A DNA stretch of 64,000 nucleotides. Source: Octopus sinensis. Its lineage: Eukaryota. Numbering within the stretch: the first letter of the stretch is position 1; each line of letters starts with the position of its first letter. This document shows positions 35,054 to 48,186 of this stretch, piece after piece. The translations under genes were made by a program, and so were the position numbers. The notes beneath the pieces are model-generated. The model saw only the letters and a program-made list of their open reading frames with translations. It did not search any database and was not told the DNA's origin. The DNA is taken from positions 53,878,001 to 53,942,000 of the forward strand of contig NC_043013.1 of assembly GCF_006345805.1 (NCBI RefSeq), read 5' to 3'.

Positions 35054-36524
35054 AATATATGCACACACATACACGACAGGCTTCTTTCAGTTTCTGTCTA
35101 CCACATCCACTCACAAGGCTTTGGTCCACCCAAGGTTATAGTAGAAGACACTTGTCCGAGGCATCATGCAATGGGACTGAACCTGGAACCATGTGGTTGG
35201 GAAGCAAGCTTCCTGTATAATATAAAAACTTAGAACTACATTAAGCAAGTTAAGAAACTTAGAAGATATGGGATTGATGAGTTAGAAGCTGGATTGAGGC
35301 AAAGTAAATATCTAATCAGAGAAAATACTCTAAAGCTGTTAATATCCAGACTGATAATTTAGTTTTGAAAAGATTTGCTGAAGTAATAAAATGAATAGCT
35401 TAATAATATAGCAAAATAGATTACGAAATCTACATTAGTTCTTGTTATGGATGGGAAAAATTGAAGATGTAGATGGTCATTCATAAATCAAAAATAACTC
35501 CTTTGGAAAGTGTTTGAGGATTTGGTATTTTAATGAAGCTGAGAGGTTATTTAGTGTTTGAAGAGTTTTGCTGTAATAAAAATTCTAACATGAAAGTTTT
35601 GCATTAGCTGAGAGTGAGCAAAGGGTTGGTTAAGATCATCTCACATCGGCATCATTTAATGTCCATTTTCCATGCTAGCGCAAAAGGAGAGAGAAGTTTA
35701 TTATATGATATTACTGGCTGACATGTATTGTGTATGTGAGCTGAAGTTGTTTAAGCCCAGGTCATCCTTGATATGGCAGACTTAGAAATATTAAGACATT
35801 CCTAACCATGACCATCTGGGTTCTATTTCAGGCAATCTGTCTGGAATGCCATAATCCAATCTATCCTTACTTAAATTATAAAAATAGTGCCAGTTAACCA
35901 TTACTTTTAGCTGATCAAGTGGTCACATACTCTCCCTACTAACTTGGAATTAATGCATTAAACAAATATACTAATTTTCATTTTTATATTTTCATTTTTG
36001 GAATAGGCTTATTACTAATCCATTTTAATTCAGGTTTTGTGTATTAATTCTTTAAAATCAGTAAAATGGTTGAATATGAAATATAGCTGTGTTAAAGGAG
36101 AAATATTTTGTTGGGTTTGTTGCTGTAAATATTATAAATGGCTAATCTTGGTACAATGAATCCTACTTTAAAGTTTGCTTTTCATTTTTTTTTTTGTTAT
36201 TTGAACATAGCTGTACAACCAGTAATAAATAATTCAGTGTAACTTGCTTTAATAATTTAATAGCTTTCTCAGAATATTTTAGATTATCACTCTAGTTTTA
36301 TCTTATGGTAAGACCAAATGTTATCTACATATGCTGCAAATATTAAATATACTTCACATAAGAAATTGGGATGCCATATCTTTTACGTCATGCATGAGCG
36401 CCTGTGGCTGAAATTTGTTTAAAGTAATTCGTAAATTCCAGTTGGAAACATATTGGTTTAAAATAATTTCCTATATGAAACATTACAAAAACGTCTTTAC
36501 CATTATCACACTTGACAGCAAAGC

Positions 36525-36728
36525 AGCGATGGCAGTGAGATGGAATAATTGGTAGCATGCTGGACAAAATGTTCAGAGGTATTTTGTCAATTACTAGGTT
36601 CTGAGTTCAAATTCTGCCAAGGTTGGATCTTTTCAGGGTCAATAAAATAAGTATCAGTTGGACACTGGGGTTGATGTAATCGACTTATGCCTACCACCCC
36701 CAAGCGGTACTTGTGGCAAAAATTTGAA
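36525..36728 (+). mobile_element. SINE family B, degenerate
   Basis: ggcagtgagatgg...gttctgagttcaaattctgccaagg...ggggttgatgtaatcgactta. Confidence 0.65.
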
Positions 36729-38334
36729 ATAATTATTACACTTCGCAACTTACATAAATGCTCAAGATTTGTAAATTCTTCCAAATTAGAAATGCAATGT
36801 AAACATGGAAAAACAAAACAAAAGCAGGAGATCCATTATGATCCTAAAAGCTCCTGTTTGTGAAAACAGAAAGCTGATGAGCACCAACAAGCGAGAGAAA
36901 GAAAGAGACAAGAAACCTGATTGCTTTTAAATTACTTCAAGAAGGCAAATTTTACAAAAGTGAAAGATAAGAAATGAGAACAAAAAGAGAAAGCTCTGGG
37001 CAGTGATTTATCTCACAATTATATAAAATCAGTTTCTCATTCATCAATCTTGAAGTTGTTCTTCCATCACTCCAATAGTAAAAGTAATTCTAGAAGTTTT
37101 CCCATTATTTTCAGTTTCCTATGAACCCTACTATCTTAGAAGTCAGTCCCAGCATCAAATTGAATTTCTTTCTCTATTTAGCTTATGTCTTTAAGATTAT
37201 TAATCTAATCTTCAGTTGTGCTTAATCTACACGCATTTCTTACATTACGTTTTGTTTCGTTGAACTAATGTTAATTTGTCTCATCAGTTGGTAAATGTAC
37301 TTTAGTAATTGCAATATTTATGATAAACTGCTTACGAGACAATTATTTTCACACATTTATCTATATGTGACAATTTGTGATTGACTTTAAATAAAATGTA
37401 TGATAAGTTTAGACATTTAACATAAGCCAGACAAATAAAATTATTTGTAAACTAGTAGAACTATAATTTAGTCATGCTATGAAAAATCAATACCATTCAA
37501 CAGTAACATTAACACGTGGAGAAAGATGTTCTGTCTTATCTGTTCTACTAGTGTTACCTGTACATTTTGTTCTTGTATAATTTATTAAGTGACCCATAGT
37601 TCAACTTTGGAACTTGAAGTATCTGCTTGTGTGGTTGGTGGGAGGAAAGATTCTAGCTATGTTTCTGATATCAAGAAAATATTTTCCAAAAGTTGTACCA
37701 TGCCAACTCAAGTGCAGGCTTATTGAATTTTGTGAGTATTTGCTTTTTAACCAACTCTACAAAGACAATAGACCAATTAAGTCCCCATAAATACTTTTGC
37801 TTTGTTGGTTGAGTTCATTGGAAGAAAAGCTGATAGGGAAGATGTCATCATCTTCAAATCATGGACCAGTTTTAAGCAGTGAATTCAAATATTGGTTATG
37901 GTCAGGAATCGAGTGACTTAGTTTGTCTCTAAGGTCAGAGAAAGTGTGGGGGGGGGGAAAGATTTGGTAAGATTAGATTAGTGACCTTAATATGAAAAAG
38001 GAAGACTAATTGGAAATCATTAATCTATGAAGGTTCTGAGAAGGGGTAAAATCGGTTATTTACATATGGAAATGTGCTTTCTGGGTTATTACATGTGGGA
38101 ATAAGAGTAAAAAGGGGCTTATTTAAGAAGTTATGAGGGCATTTTAGAGAGTTCCAAAATGTGGTTTGTAAAAAGCTGATAATCTATATATTAATACACT
38201 GAGGCTGAAATGTGTTGCGCTGTCAAGTGATTAGTTGAAAGGATTTACTGATTTTAAAGAATTAATACACAAAACCTGGATTAAATTGGATTAGTAATAA
38301 GCCTATTACAAAAATCAAAATATAAAAATTAAAA

Positions 38335-38655
38335 TGGAGACCTACTGAGTCAAGTACATCAACATCAAAATAAATATCAATTGGAAATTGTAGTCGTGAT
38401 ACCTGTGCCAGTGGCAAGTAGAAAGCACCAACCCATTGTGGCCGCTGCCTCCTCCCCTGGCACCTGTGCCAGTAGTATGTAAAAAGCACCCACTACACTC
38501 ACGGAGTGGTTGGTGTTAAGAAGGGCATCCAGCTGTAGAAACACTGCCAGATCAGACTGGAGCCTGGTGCAGCCTCCTGGCTTCCCAGACCCCAGTCAAA
38601 CCGTCCAACCTGTGCGCTAGCACGGAAACCAGACATTAAATGATGAGGATGATGT
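38335..38655 (+). mobile_element. RTE-type 3' end
   Basis: Same tail as 34700-34891. Shorter copies lie at ~39772-39856, ~41558-41626 and ~50244-50294 (minus). Confidence 0.8.
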
Positions 38656-40554
38656 TTAATACATTAATTCCAAGTTTAAAGGAAGGGTGAAGAGCAAGAG
38701 AGAAGTATTAAGGACATGAAGTAGGGGGGAAGGTAATAGTTATTATGTGGTTAAAAAGTTGGTTGAAGAGATTGATATAGAAAGAGTTAGAAATAGAATG
38801 TCTAGCAGAAGGGTAATATTTTGGTGGTGACGTTAATGAAAGACAAAGAGAGAGGAAGAGAGGTGGGTAAGCGAGAGAGTAGTGACATTATTGCTAGGTG
38901 ATACATTATGCTGTCATGTGGTTAGTGGAAGTGAGAAGAGGGAGAGAGAAATGATAACTTTGTAAAGAGGGAATGACTCAGTTATAAAGTTTGTTGAAAA
39001 GGTAAGAGGTAACAAGATTAAGAGAAGAATAAAAAGTGGGCAGTTTTGAGCATCATATTGTGGCTGACAAGAAAATAACAGTTTAATAGTCAATTCTTGC
39101 GACTGCTATCTGCTGATCAATTTATGTATGCACATTGACAAATACATTGACAGCTGGATGGTAGAAGGAAAGCTGACATTAGATATGATGATAAACTTAT
39201 AGATAGAAAGGAAGGTTTTTCAATGAAAGTGAAATAACTTAGTAAAGTAGCCATGGATGTTGTTAGTTTTTGAAAGTTTGTCATTTGAACTTTGTTTTGA
39301 CAACAAGAAAAGTAGATATAAATAAACAATTGAAATGAAATAATATTGGTTGGTAAACTAGTTAGACTGAGCTTTGTTACTGAAAACTGTGATGATGATG
39401 GTGATTGTGGAGGAGATGGTGATGATGATGGTGGTGGTGAGTGGATGGTGAAAAACGTAGTTTTCTTAATTGAACTAAATTTTTCATATTGCTATCACTT
39501 AAAGCATTCACATAAGTGCAATTATTTATTGTCCGTTTGCTTGAAAATTGATATTTGTTCATAAAATATGAATGACAGAATATGTAAGCTAACAAGAGAA
39601 AGAATGGGAATGACATAAAGAGAAGCAGAGGGCTGAATCACTAGAACAAGAACGTGAGCATCAGGGTGTAGAAGGGAAAATATGAACCAAAGAGTATAGA
39701 GTGAGTATTTATAACAGATAAGGGAATCAATGTACTTTTGAATGGGCTAGGGCTGATTATGCAAAACAAGTTCCTGGCTTCCCAGACCCCAGTTGAACTG
39801 TCCAACTCATGCTAGCATAGAAAACAGACGTTAAATGACGATGAGGATGATGATGAAGGGAATGTATTCAAGATAGAATATGAAATGAAAATGGAGAGAA
39901 CATATAAAAACTGTAAACTTATGATTGAAAATTACAACATTGCTGACATGAATATTCTCTGTAATCATTATGAAACTCTTAGATTTATAAATGAATCTCT
40001 AAACTTCTGAGAGAAAGGGAAAGTCATGCTCCTACAATTACAGCCTTTTCCTGAAGAACCAAAAATGATTTTAAGTGAAAATAATGCAGAATATACAACA
40101 TATAAAAGAACACTCGTTTTTATGGCTCTATATAAACTTACAACCATCTAAAACCTGTATTTACCCTGAAATTTCCATAGGTACTGCTAGTTAGTGATAA
40201 TTATTTTCTTATATATGATCCTCTTGTAGTTTGTGAGGTGATGAGGAACGAGATTATTATAGAATTACTTGTTAATCTATGAAATCCCTCAGTAGAGAAT
40301 CTTGCCTTTTTGTTGGTTTGATTTTAATGTAGAAGCAAAATTATTTCATTGTTACCAGTTCAGATTGAGGTAGCATATTAAAACTTTTTTATTTTGTAAT
40401 TTGGCCATTTCTTAAATGATATGAAATTGTATTTGGTTTACAGTTAATGAGCTAGCTTTGTTGAACACCCAGTCATTGTAAAAGGGAGAAGTTATTCTCC
40501 TGTGATGCTCACTAGAGTGATTTGCATATTTCACATCTGAACCTGTTTAGTAAA

Positions 40555-40775
40555 AAGAAGTAAAGTTCCTTCCCGAGTCAAAGGACCAGTTTCCTGGATT
40601 CCATGGCATATATATTGGACGCTGATCCGTCACAGGATTACAACTGAGTGATCTTGAGTAATGTGAAATGAAGTGTTTTGCTCAAGAACACAACGCATCA
40701 TGTGGTCCAGGAATCAAAACCACTGTCTTATGATCATGAGTCCAGCACCTTAACCATTAAGCCACACACCTTCAC
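40555..40775 (-). mobile_element. tRNA-derived SINE related to family C
   Basis: Minus strand TGGCTTAATGGTTAAGGTGCTGGACTC...GGTTTTGATTCC, then gcgttgtgttcttgagcaaaacac. Confidence 0.65.
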
Positions 40776-40835
40776 AAACTTGCTTTGATGTGTTAAAAAT
40801 AAATATGTAAATATTCATTCTAGAATATATATAAA

Positions 40836-41296
40836 TGGCTGTGTGGTAAGTAGCTTGCTAACCAACCACATGGTTCCAGGTTCAGTCCCACTGCGTGACA
40901 TCTTGGGCAAGTGTCTTCTGCTATAGCCCCGGGCCGACCAATGCCTTGTGAGTGGATTTGGTAGACGGAAACTGAAAGAAGTCCGTCGTATATATGTATA
41001 TATATGTGTGTATGTGTGTTTGTGTGTGTGTGTGTTTGTGTGTGTGTGTTTGTCCCCCTAGCATTGCTAAAGTACCCAATAAAGAGGTTGGCATTAGGAA
41101 AGGCATCCAGACTTGGAAACGATGCCAAAGTGTGTTTACGTCCTCGTCACTTAGCGTTTCGGTAAAAGAGACCGATAGAATAAGTACTGGGCTTACAAAG
41201 AATAAGTCCCGGGGTCAATTAGCTCGACTAAAAAAAAAAGGTGGTGCTCCAGCATGGCCGCAGTCAAATGACTGAAACAAGTAAAAGAGTAAAAGA
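40836..41296 (+). mobile_element. SINE family A, near full length
   Basis: A-box TGGCTGTGTGG, B-box GGTTCAGTCCC, internal (TG)n, tail gaaacaagtaaaagagtaaaaga. Confidence 0.85.
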
Positions 41297-41304
41297 TATA
41301 TATA

Positions 41305-41431
41305 TTTATTTTATAGAGGGCATTATTACACATAAATGCCACATGCTAGGAGGGACTTTCAAAGTCAAAACTACTAAAATAGTAAAATAGCGTGTGGCAT
41401 TTATGTGTAATAATGCCCTCTATAAAATAAA
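41305..41431. repeat. Foldback element, 44-bp arms with one mismatch and a 39-bp spacer
   Basis: tttattttatagagggcattattacacataaatgccacatgcta / tagcgtgtggcatttatgtgtaataatgccctctataaaataaa. Confidence 0.85.
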
Positions 41432-44119
41432 AATGAATAGATTTAAAGGAAAAAAATTGATGTTTTTTTTCTCTTATGAGGTTTTTTCCTGCTAACTACT
41501 TGATAAATTCTTATAAAGATTTTATCCTATTTTCAAATTATATATATGTATATATAAGCCCCATTTGAACCGTCCAACCCATGCTAGCATGGAAAGCGGA
41601 CACTAAACGATGATGATGATGATGATATATATATATATATATACATGATGCAACTACATATATACACATGATGCAAATAACGATTTTTTATTGGTTGGCT
41701 GATATAAGTGCCAATCAGCAAATAATTTGTTTGATGAAACTATAAACTAAGCCAGCAGCTTTGCTTAGGCTCAGTGTTCTGGCTACTTCTGGCCGTTGAA
41801 ACACCAATGTCCTAAAATTATTCTGTGCACCGATGTGTTGAGTGTGTTGAACACAGTCATTGTAAAAGAAATTATTGCTCAATGATGTTCTGTGCACTGA
41901 CCATTATATTTTGCATATAAACCTGTCTAGACATCTTAAAAACAATTTGCTTCAGATTTCTCTGTACAAAGTGCAAATAATTTTAAATCTGTTCTGAATG
42001 ATTCATAGCTGGATTTGATGGTGGACATTTTTGAAAGTTTTTTTTACATAATGGAGACAGTATTTTAACTTCAGGGAGAGCAGGGTTGAGGGTTCAAGTC
42101 CTGACAGTTATGAAAACATTTAGCATTTGTTACATCTTGGGATGGTCATTTTACTAGTGATTTGTTTTTTATTGGAAAAATTGCCCTCAGAAATTACATC
42201 TGTTTCTAGACACAATTTTACATTAAAGAACATGAAAAAAAAGCAAGTTTTGACAGAACACTAGATTTGGATGGCTATTTTAGTCTGTGTTGATTGTTAA
42301 TTAATATGTTAGTTACTTACATGACTAACGAGTTGGTTACATTTGAGTTTTTGTAAAAAGTTGCTCATTGAAGTTACATGTCTGGAGATAGAATGAACTA
42401 GAATTGAAAAGGAATGGTTGAGTGTGAGATGGAATGATGGAGTTCCAATCAATACTTCTGCATCTGTAAAAAAGGAATCCATCGAGCAAAAGACAATCTC
42501 AAAGAAGTTGCGTAAGTGTAACATATTTTTGACAACGAACAGTTAAGTAAAACACTGAAGGTTAAAAGTTCTTTAATTCTTTTTTAGCCATTGTAGCTAA
42601 TGGCAATGGGGTAGAAATGATTAGGAATGACGTTAAAACAGACAGTAGCTTGGGAAATTCATTTATCTCGTTTAGTTCTTCTATAAAAGTGAGCATCAAA
42701 TCGATAGTTACCATTTTTACTGTTTCTTTTTTCTTTTGTTTTTCAAAACACACATGCTTCTTAATTAGCAGAAGGTGAACTGTACAAAGATGAGAAACAG
42801 TTCAGGTTTCCTGTATTTATTAGTATACAAATATATTTCCAATTACATCAGTCAAATAATGAAAAACTTTGTATCAGTTTTTTTTGTTGTTCTTTTCATA
42901 ATTTCATATTCAGCTTTTTGCCTAAAGTCTACAGAATGCTGGTGCCTAAAATGTCACTTGCAGAATAACATTCTTTTCTCTTTTGATGTCTCAGGAACTA
43001 TTTTACTTCAATAAATATTGACTATGAATTCCATTTGGAGCAATTCATTTTCTATTTTATTGTTAACTCATTGTTAATCTCATTTCAAAAATAACCTTTA
43101 CTTGAATATATTTAACAAGGAAATTCTATTTACCATTTTCAATTTTATTTACTCTGTTGTATTTGTTAAAATTGAAACTTTACTCTTCAACATTTGTCTG
43201 TCTAGATCATTAGGTTACTGGTTATCATTTTTGTATTTTGCAGTGTGTGCTTTTATGTGCACGCACAAATGCATGCGTGTACACACACACAGGTATGTAT
43301 AATGCATGCACAGGTATGTATTTGCAGTTAAGCTTGCTTCTCAACTGTGTAATTATTGGTTCGGTTTCATTGGGTGGCACCTTGGGTAGGTATCTTCTAT
43401 TATAGCCTTCTAGGTGTATGTAACAAGGAAACTGAAAGAAGCCTATTGTGTGTGTGTGTTTATGTTTGATTGTTCTTGACATTGGTAGTTGTAAATGATC
43501 ATCTCTCCTACATGAAAACATGTTGAGCAATTGCAAAGTATTGCTTTGCTTGGAAACAGGTGTAAGGATTGGAAACAGGAAAAGTATACATGTAATCATG
43601 TTGAAATACAATAATTGTATTAAGTTTCTATTTTCTGTGTTATATTTTCTGTGTATCTCACACAAAATGCATTCATTTTCTGAGTCTTTGCTGTTTGGTA
43701 AGAGACTGTGATCCTAAATCAAGTTCATGGCAAAGTTATGGTGATGCCATCAGAAGTATGAGTCTGAATTGTTCATCTCCATAGCACCACATATTATACC
43801 AGTTTCAATTGAATTCCATATCCTGGACAGCTTTATATCTTCTCTATTAGTAAGATATATATACTCCTGTCCTCTGTCACACTTGAGCTTCTCAATACCT
43901 TGCATAAACCACCTCCCACTTAGTTGAGGGGGCTTCTCTTGCAAGCTGCATGATGACCTAAAGTACCCAATAAAGAGGTTGGCATTAGGAAAGGCATCCA
44001 GACTTGGAAACGATGCCAAAGTAGATATTAGACCTTGACAAGTACCTCAAACTCATTGGATCGTTTCAAAATGTGACACATAGCAACATAGAAGTTAGAT
44101 GTTAAATGATGATGGGTTT

Positions 44120-44472
44120 ACTCTTTACTCTTTTACTTGCTTCAGTCATTTGACTGCGGCCATGCTGGAGCACCACCTTTAGTCAAGCAACTCGACCCCG
44201 GGACTTCTTCTTTGTAAGCCCAGTACTTATTCTATCAGTCTCTTTTGCCGAACCACTAAGTTACGGGGACGTAAACACACCAGCATCGGTTGTCAAGCAA
44301 TGCTAGAGGGATAAACACAGACACACAGACACACACACATATATATATATACATATATACGACAGGCTTCTTTCAGTTTCTGTCTACCAAATCCACTCAC
44401 AAGGCTTTGGTCGGCCCGAGGCTATAGCAGAAGACACTTGCCCAAGATGCCACGCAGTGGGACTGAACCCAG
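44120..44472 (-). mobile_element. SINE family A (head truncated)
   Basis: Reverse complement of 40836-41296. Confidence 0.85.
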
Positions 44473-45089
44473 GAGGTGTTTAAAGTTTGTCTACTTTAAC
44501 CTAATCTGCTGTTTAAGGTATGTGTTCATAGATCTTGATATTAAGATGAATTTCAGTGATGCAATGTCTGTAAACAGGTGTGTTGGCTTTTAAGAACGAA
44601 TCACTTGAGAAACTTTGATCTTGAACATATAAAGAAAGGTTTACTTTTAATTTTTAAGGAATGGCTTTAAAATTTCGCCTCAGAATGATATTGTTGGTGA
44701 AGAAGCTAAATCTGTTCCAGCCCCAAATTTCCTGCATCTGTTATGTCAATATTCTTACCTGCTACCACCTCTCACTCCCACTTCTATGCAAATGGTATCA
44801 CTCATTATTCTTTTTGGTCCTTCTGTCGTGAAACACTATATGTCACATTTACTATAGAAATTACACTAACTCCTCCACCACACACGCACACCTAAAGGAG
44901 TAAAAAGGTAAATATTTGTCTAATTAACATGGAATGCTGAGATTGTTTAATGTTAAGATTGAAATCTTTGCTTATAAGAAAATAAAAATTTGAAACAATA
45001 AGCTGCTGAGCTTCTGATCTCAGTAAAAAAAAAAAATTATAAATACAGCTTTAGTGAAAATGGTGATATAATAAAAAATTATTAATGTA

Positions 45090-45638
45090 AATCAAAATCA
45101 AAATCGATGACTGGCGTCTGTACTAGCAGGGTGCAAAGAGCACTATACGAGTGTGATCATTGACAGAGCGGCTAACCGGCTTCTGTGCCAGTGGCACTTA
45201 AAAGGCACCATTTGAGCGTGATCATTACCAGTGTCGCCTTACTGGCACTCGAACCCTGTGCTAGTAGGGTATTAAGAGCACCATCTGAGTGTGACCATTG
45301 CCAGAGCGGCTATCTGGCTTCCATGCCAGTGGCACGTAAAAGACACCATTCAAGCATGATCATTACCAGCATCGCCTTACTGGCACCTGTGCCGGTGGCA
45401 TGTGTAAAAGATTTGAGTGAAGTCGTTGCCAGTACCGCCTGACTGGCTCCATGCCGGTGGCATGTAAAAGCACCCACTACCCTCTCGGAGTGGTTGGCAT
45501 TAGGAAGGGCATCCAGCTGTAAAAGCTTTGCCAGATGAGATTGGAGCCTCGTGCAGCCCTCTGGTTCGCCAGCCTTCAGTCAATCGTCCAACCCATGCTA
45601 GCATGAAAAGCAGACGTTAAACGATGATGACGATGATT
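45090..45638 (+). mobile_element. RTE-type 3' UTR with an expanded internal tandem array
   Basis: Several diverged gtgccagtggca...aaa.gcaccat..gag units precede the common tail ending aaacgatgatgacgatg. Confidence 0.8.
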
Positions 45639-46771
45639 AACATTGAATTTGAGTGTATTTCCGGGGTTTAGGTAAATGCTACAGCTAGACGAATTTGTAA
45701 AGGTCTTCAATTAATATATTTAAGGGGAGGACAATTATTGTGTACTTTACAAATGCTACTGTTTGTGAAGATGCATAATATGGCTGCTTTCATATATTTT
45801 GGTTAATACTTTTGAGAAGAGAGTAAACGAAGATTTCCATAGAAAATGTCTGAAGATGATGTCTTGAATATTTGTGCAACATTTATTTTTAAGCTTAGAT
45901 TGTTATATCTAAACTTATGCTCAGATTGTTTCAAAACAGTCATGAAATGTGTGTTATGGAGCATGTAATTGCATTTAAAAGATAGTAGTTACTACCTGAA
46001 CAAGCCATGTGACTACATCTACACTTTTCTCATATTGTATATACTTAATCAGGAGAGTTCAGCTACAATAGGTAACATTTTAGAAGAAAATAAAGGACAG
46101 GTATGTTATAAGTTTAGAAGTGTGTAGTAAGCATGTGATTGAGATTTCCCATATACTGATAGATTATAGGTTATGAAACTAGATTGAAAAGTTGTCAGGA
46201 TAGTCAAATATTGTATCTGTCTCGATAAAAAGAAAATTGCTAGGTGACTTTCATGAGGAATTTTCTTCCATCTGTTTGCTTGCAGTTTATTTTGCTTTGT
46301 TTTATTTTCACCTTTGCAGACATTCCATTTGTTTCTGTCAGAATCAAAACCTTAATTGGTATTAATCTTCCATTAGAGGATTAGATACTTTTCTATCTTT
46401 TCTCTCTCAGAAATCACAGCATATACACAATAATGAAGTAATCAGCAACATGGATTGGCAGAAATATTCTTAGCTGAGAAATAGATAAAATAATTGACTC
46501 TGTGCGTATGTGTGTGGTGGAATAATTAAAATTAATGAAGTGAAAAATATGTATATGTAGCCTACATATGACAATGCTAAAATCTCTTATTTAATCACGA
46601 ATATAATTAAAAACCTAAATTATGAAAATTAAAAAGAACTACCTTTTGTAAAGTTCCTAATGACCTCATGACTTGTGAATTAAATATATAGTATGCACTC
46701 ATTTGTATATGATATCCATTATGATCTTGTTTAAAATTGCAAGACTCTTGTTCACTTTCCATATGAGATTC

Positions 46772-47117
46772 AGGCTGTATGGTAAGTAGCTTGCTTACCA
46801 ACCACATGGTTCCGGGTTCAGTCCTACTGCATGGCACCTTTGGCAAGTCTTCTAATATTATCTCGGTCTGACCAAAGCTTTGTGAGTGGATTTGATAGAC
46901 AAAAACTGAAAGAAGCCCATCGTATATAAATATATATATATATTGTGTGTGTGTGTTTGTGTTTGTTCCTCCAACATTGTTTGACAACTGATGCTGGTGT
47001 GTTTACGTACCTATAACTTAGCGGTTTGGCTTACAAAGACTGTTCTAAGGTCGATTTGTTAGACTAAAGGCAGTGCTCCAGCATGGCTACAGTCAAATCA
47101 CAAACAAATAAAAGAAT
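46772..47117 (+). mobile_element. SINE family A
   Basis: ggctgtatggtaagtagcttgc...gggttcagtcc...gtggatttga.agac.aaaactgaaagaagccc. Confidence 0.8.
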
Positions 47118-48140
47118 ATATATTTAGAGAGAAAGAGAGAGAGAGAGATATGGGTTAAATGAATGTTTTAATGAATTGCAACTGTTCTATTCTGTTCCTA
47201 TTTGAAGAATGGCACTGAATATTTGCTGTAGTTTCTGAACTTTCAAATTGGCTAATTTTCAACTACACCCAACAATTTTTTTCAACAGTAATTATAAACT
47301 GTTTTTTAAAGCAAACACTAAACAAATTCAAGCAACAAGAAAGATATTTTTCTGTTAAGGATTTGTATTTTCCTTAAAAATAATTAATTTTACTCATCAG
47401 CTGCAGTTCTGACTTAATTCTTTTTCAAATTAACTAGAAAAAAATCAAGACAAACCGGAAAGAAAACTACTCAAAATAAAAGAAAATTTAAATCTGTTAC
47501 ATTTCAAAAATGGTATGGTTAGTTTTAAGGGTAATAACTAAATTTTAGGAGAGACTTTGTTTTTGCCACTTGAAAGCAAGTGGCGTATTTCAGCCATTGT
47601 GTAAGCTTAAATTTTTCAGGCTGTTAGAAATAACAGTGAAATCTTTCTCAAATTATGCCTTGTTATCTTAAAAAGGACAGACTATGTTGAATGCTGTTGT
47701 TCCAGATACATTGTCTTGATAATGACAAGAAGCGTAAAGGTAAGGCTGATCATGGTTGAAATATCTTTGAACCATCAGTCTTGATGTGTGTATGTATGTA
47801 TGTCATCTTCATTTAATGTATGTTGGACAATGGTATGCTGGCATGGGTTGCACAATGTGACCAGAACTTGCAAGCTGGGGAGCCACACTGGATTCCAGTC
47901 TGATTTGGCAGGGTTTTTATGGCTGGATGCCCTTCCTAATGCTAACCACTTTACAGAGTTTGCTGAGTGCTTTTACATGGCACCGCATCGGCACTATTAT
48001 GCGGCAGTGCCGCAAGTGCTTTACACCACCAGAAGAATCAGTCTTAATACTTCTGCTTCTTGAGTACGGCAAGGCACCAAGTATCTCGACCCTTTGTCAG
48101 CTCATATATACATATATATATATATATGTATATGTATAAA

Positions 48141-48186
<46 letters not shown>

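Larger units (their letters stand above)
31708..35214 (-). mobile_element. SINE family A split by nested insertions (halves 31708-31900 and 35065-35214)
   Basis: The left half ends at the internal CA/TA repeat, and the right half resumes at cgacaggcttctttcagtttctgtctacc. Confidence 0.8.
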
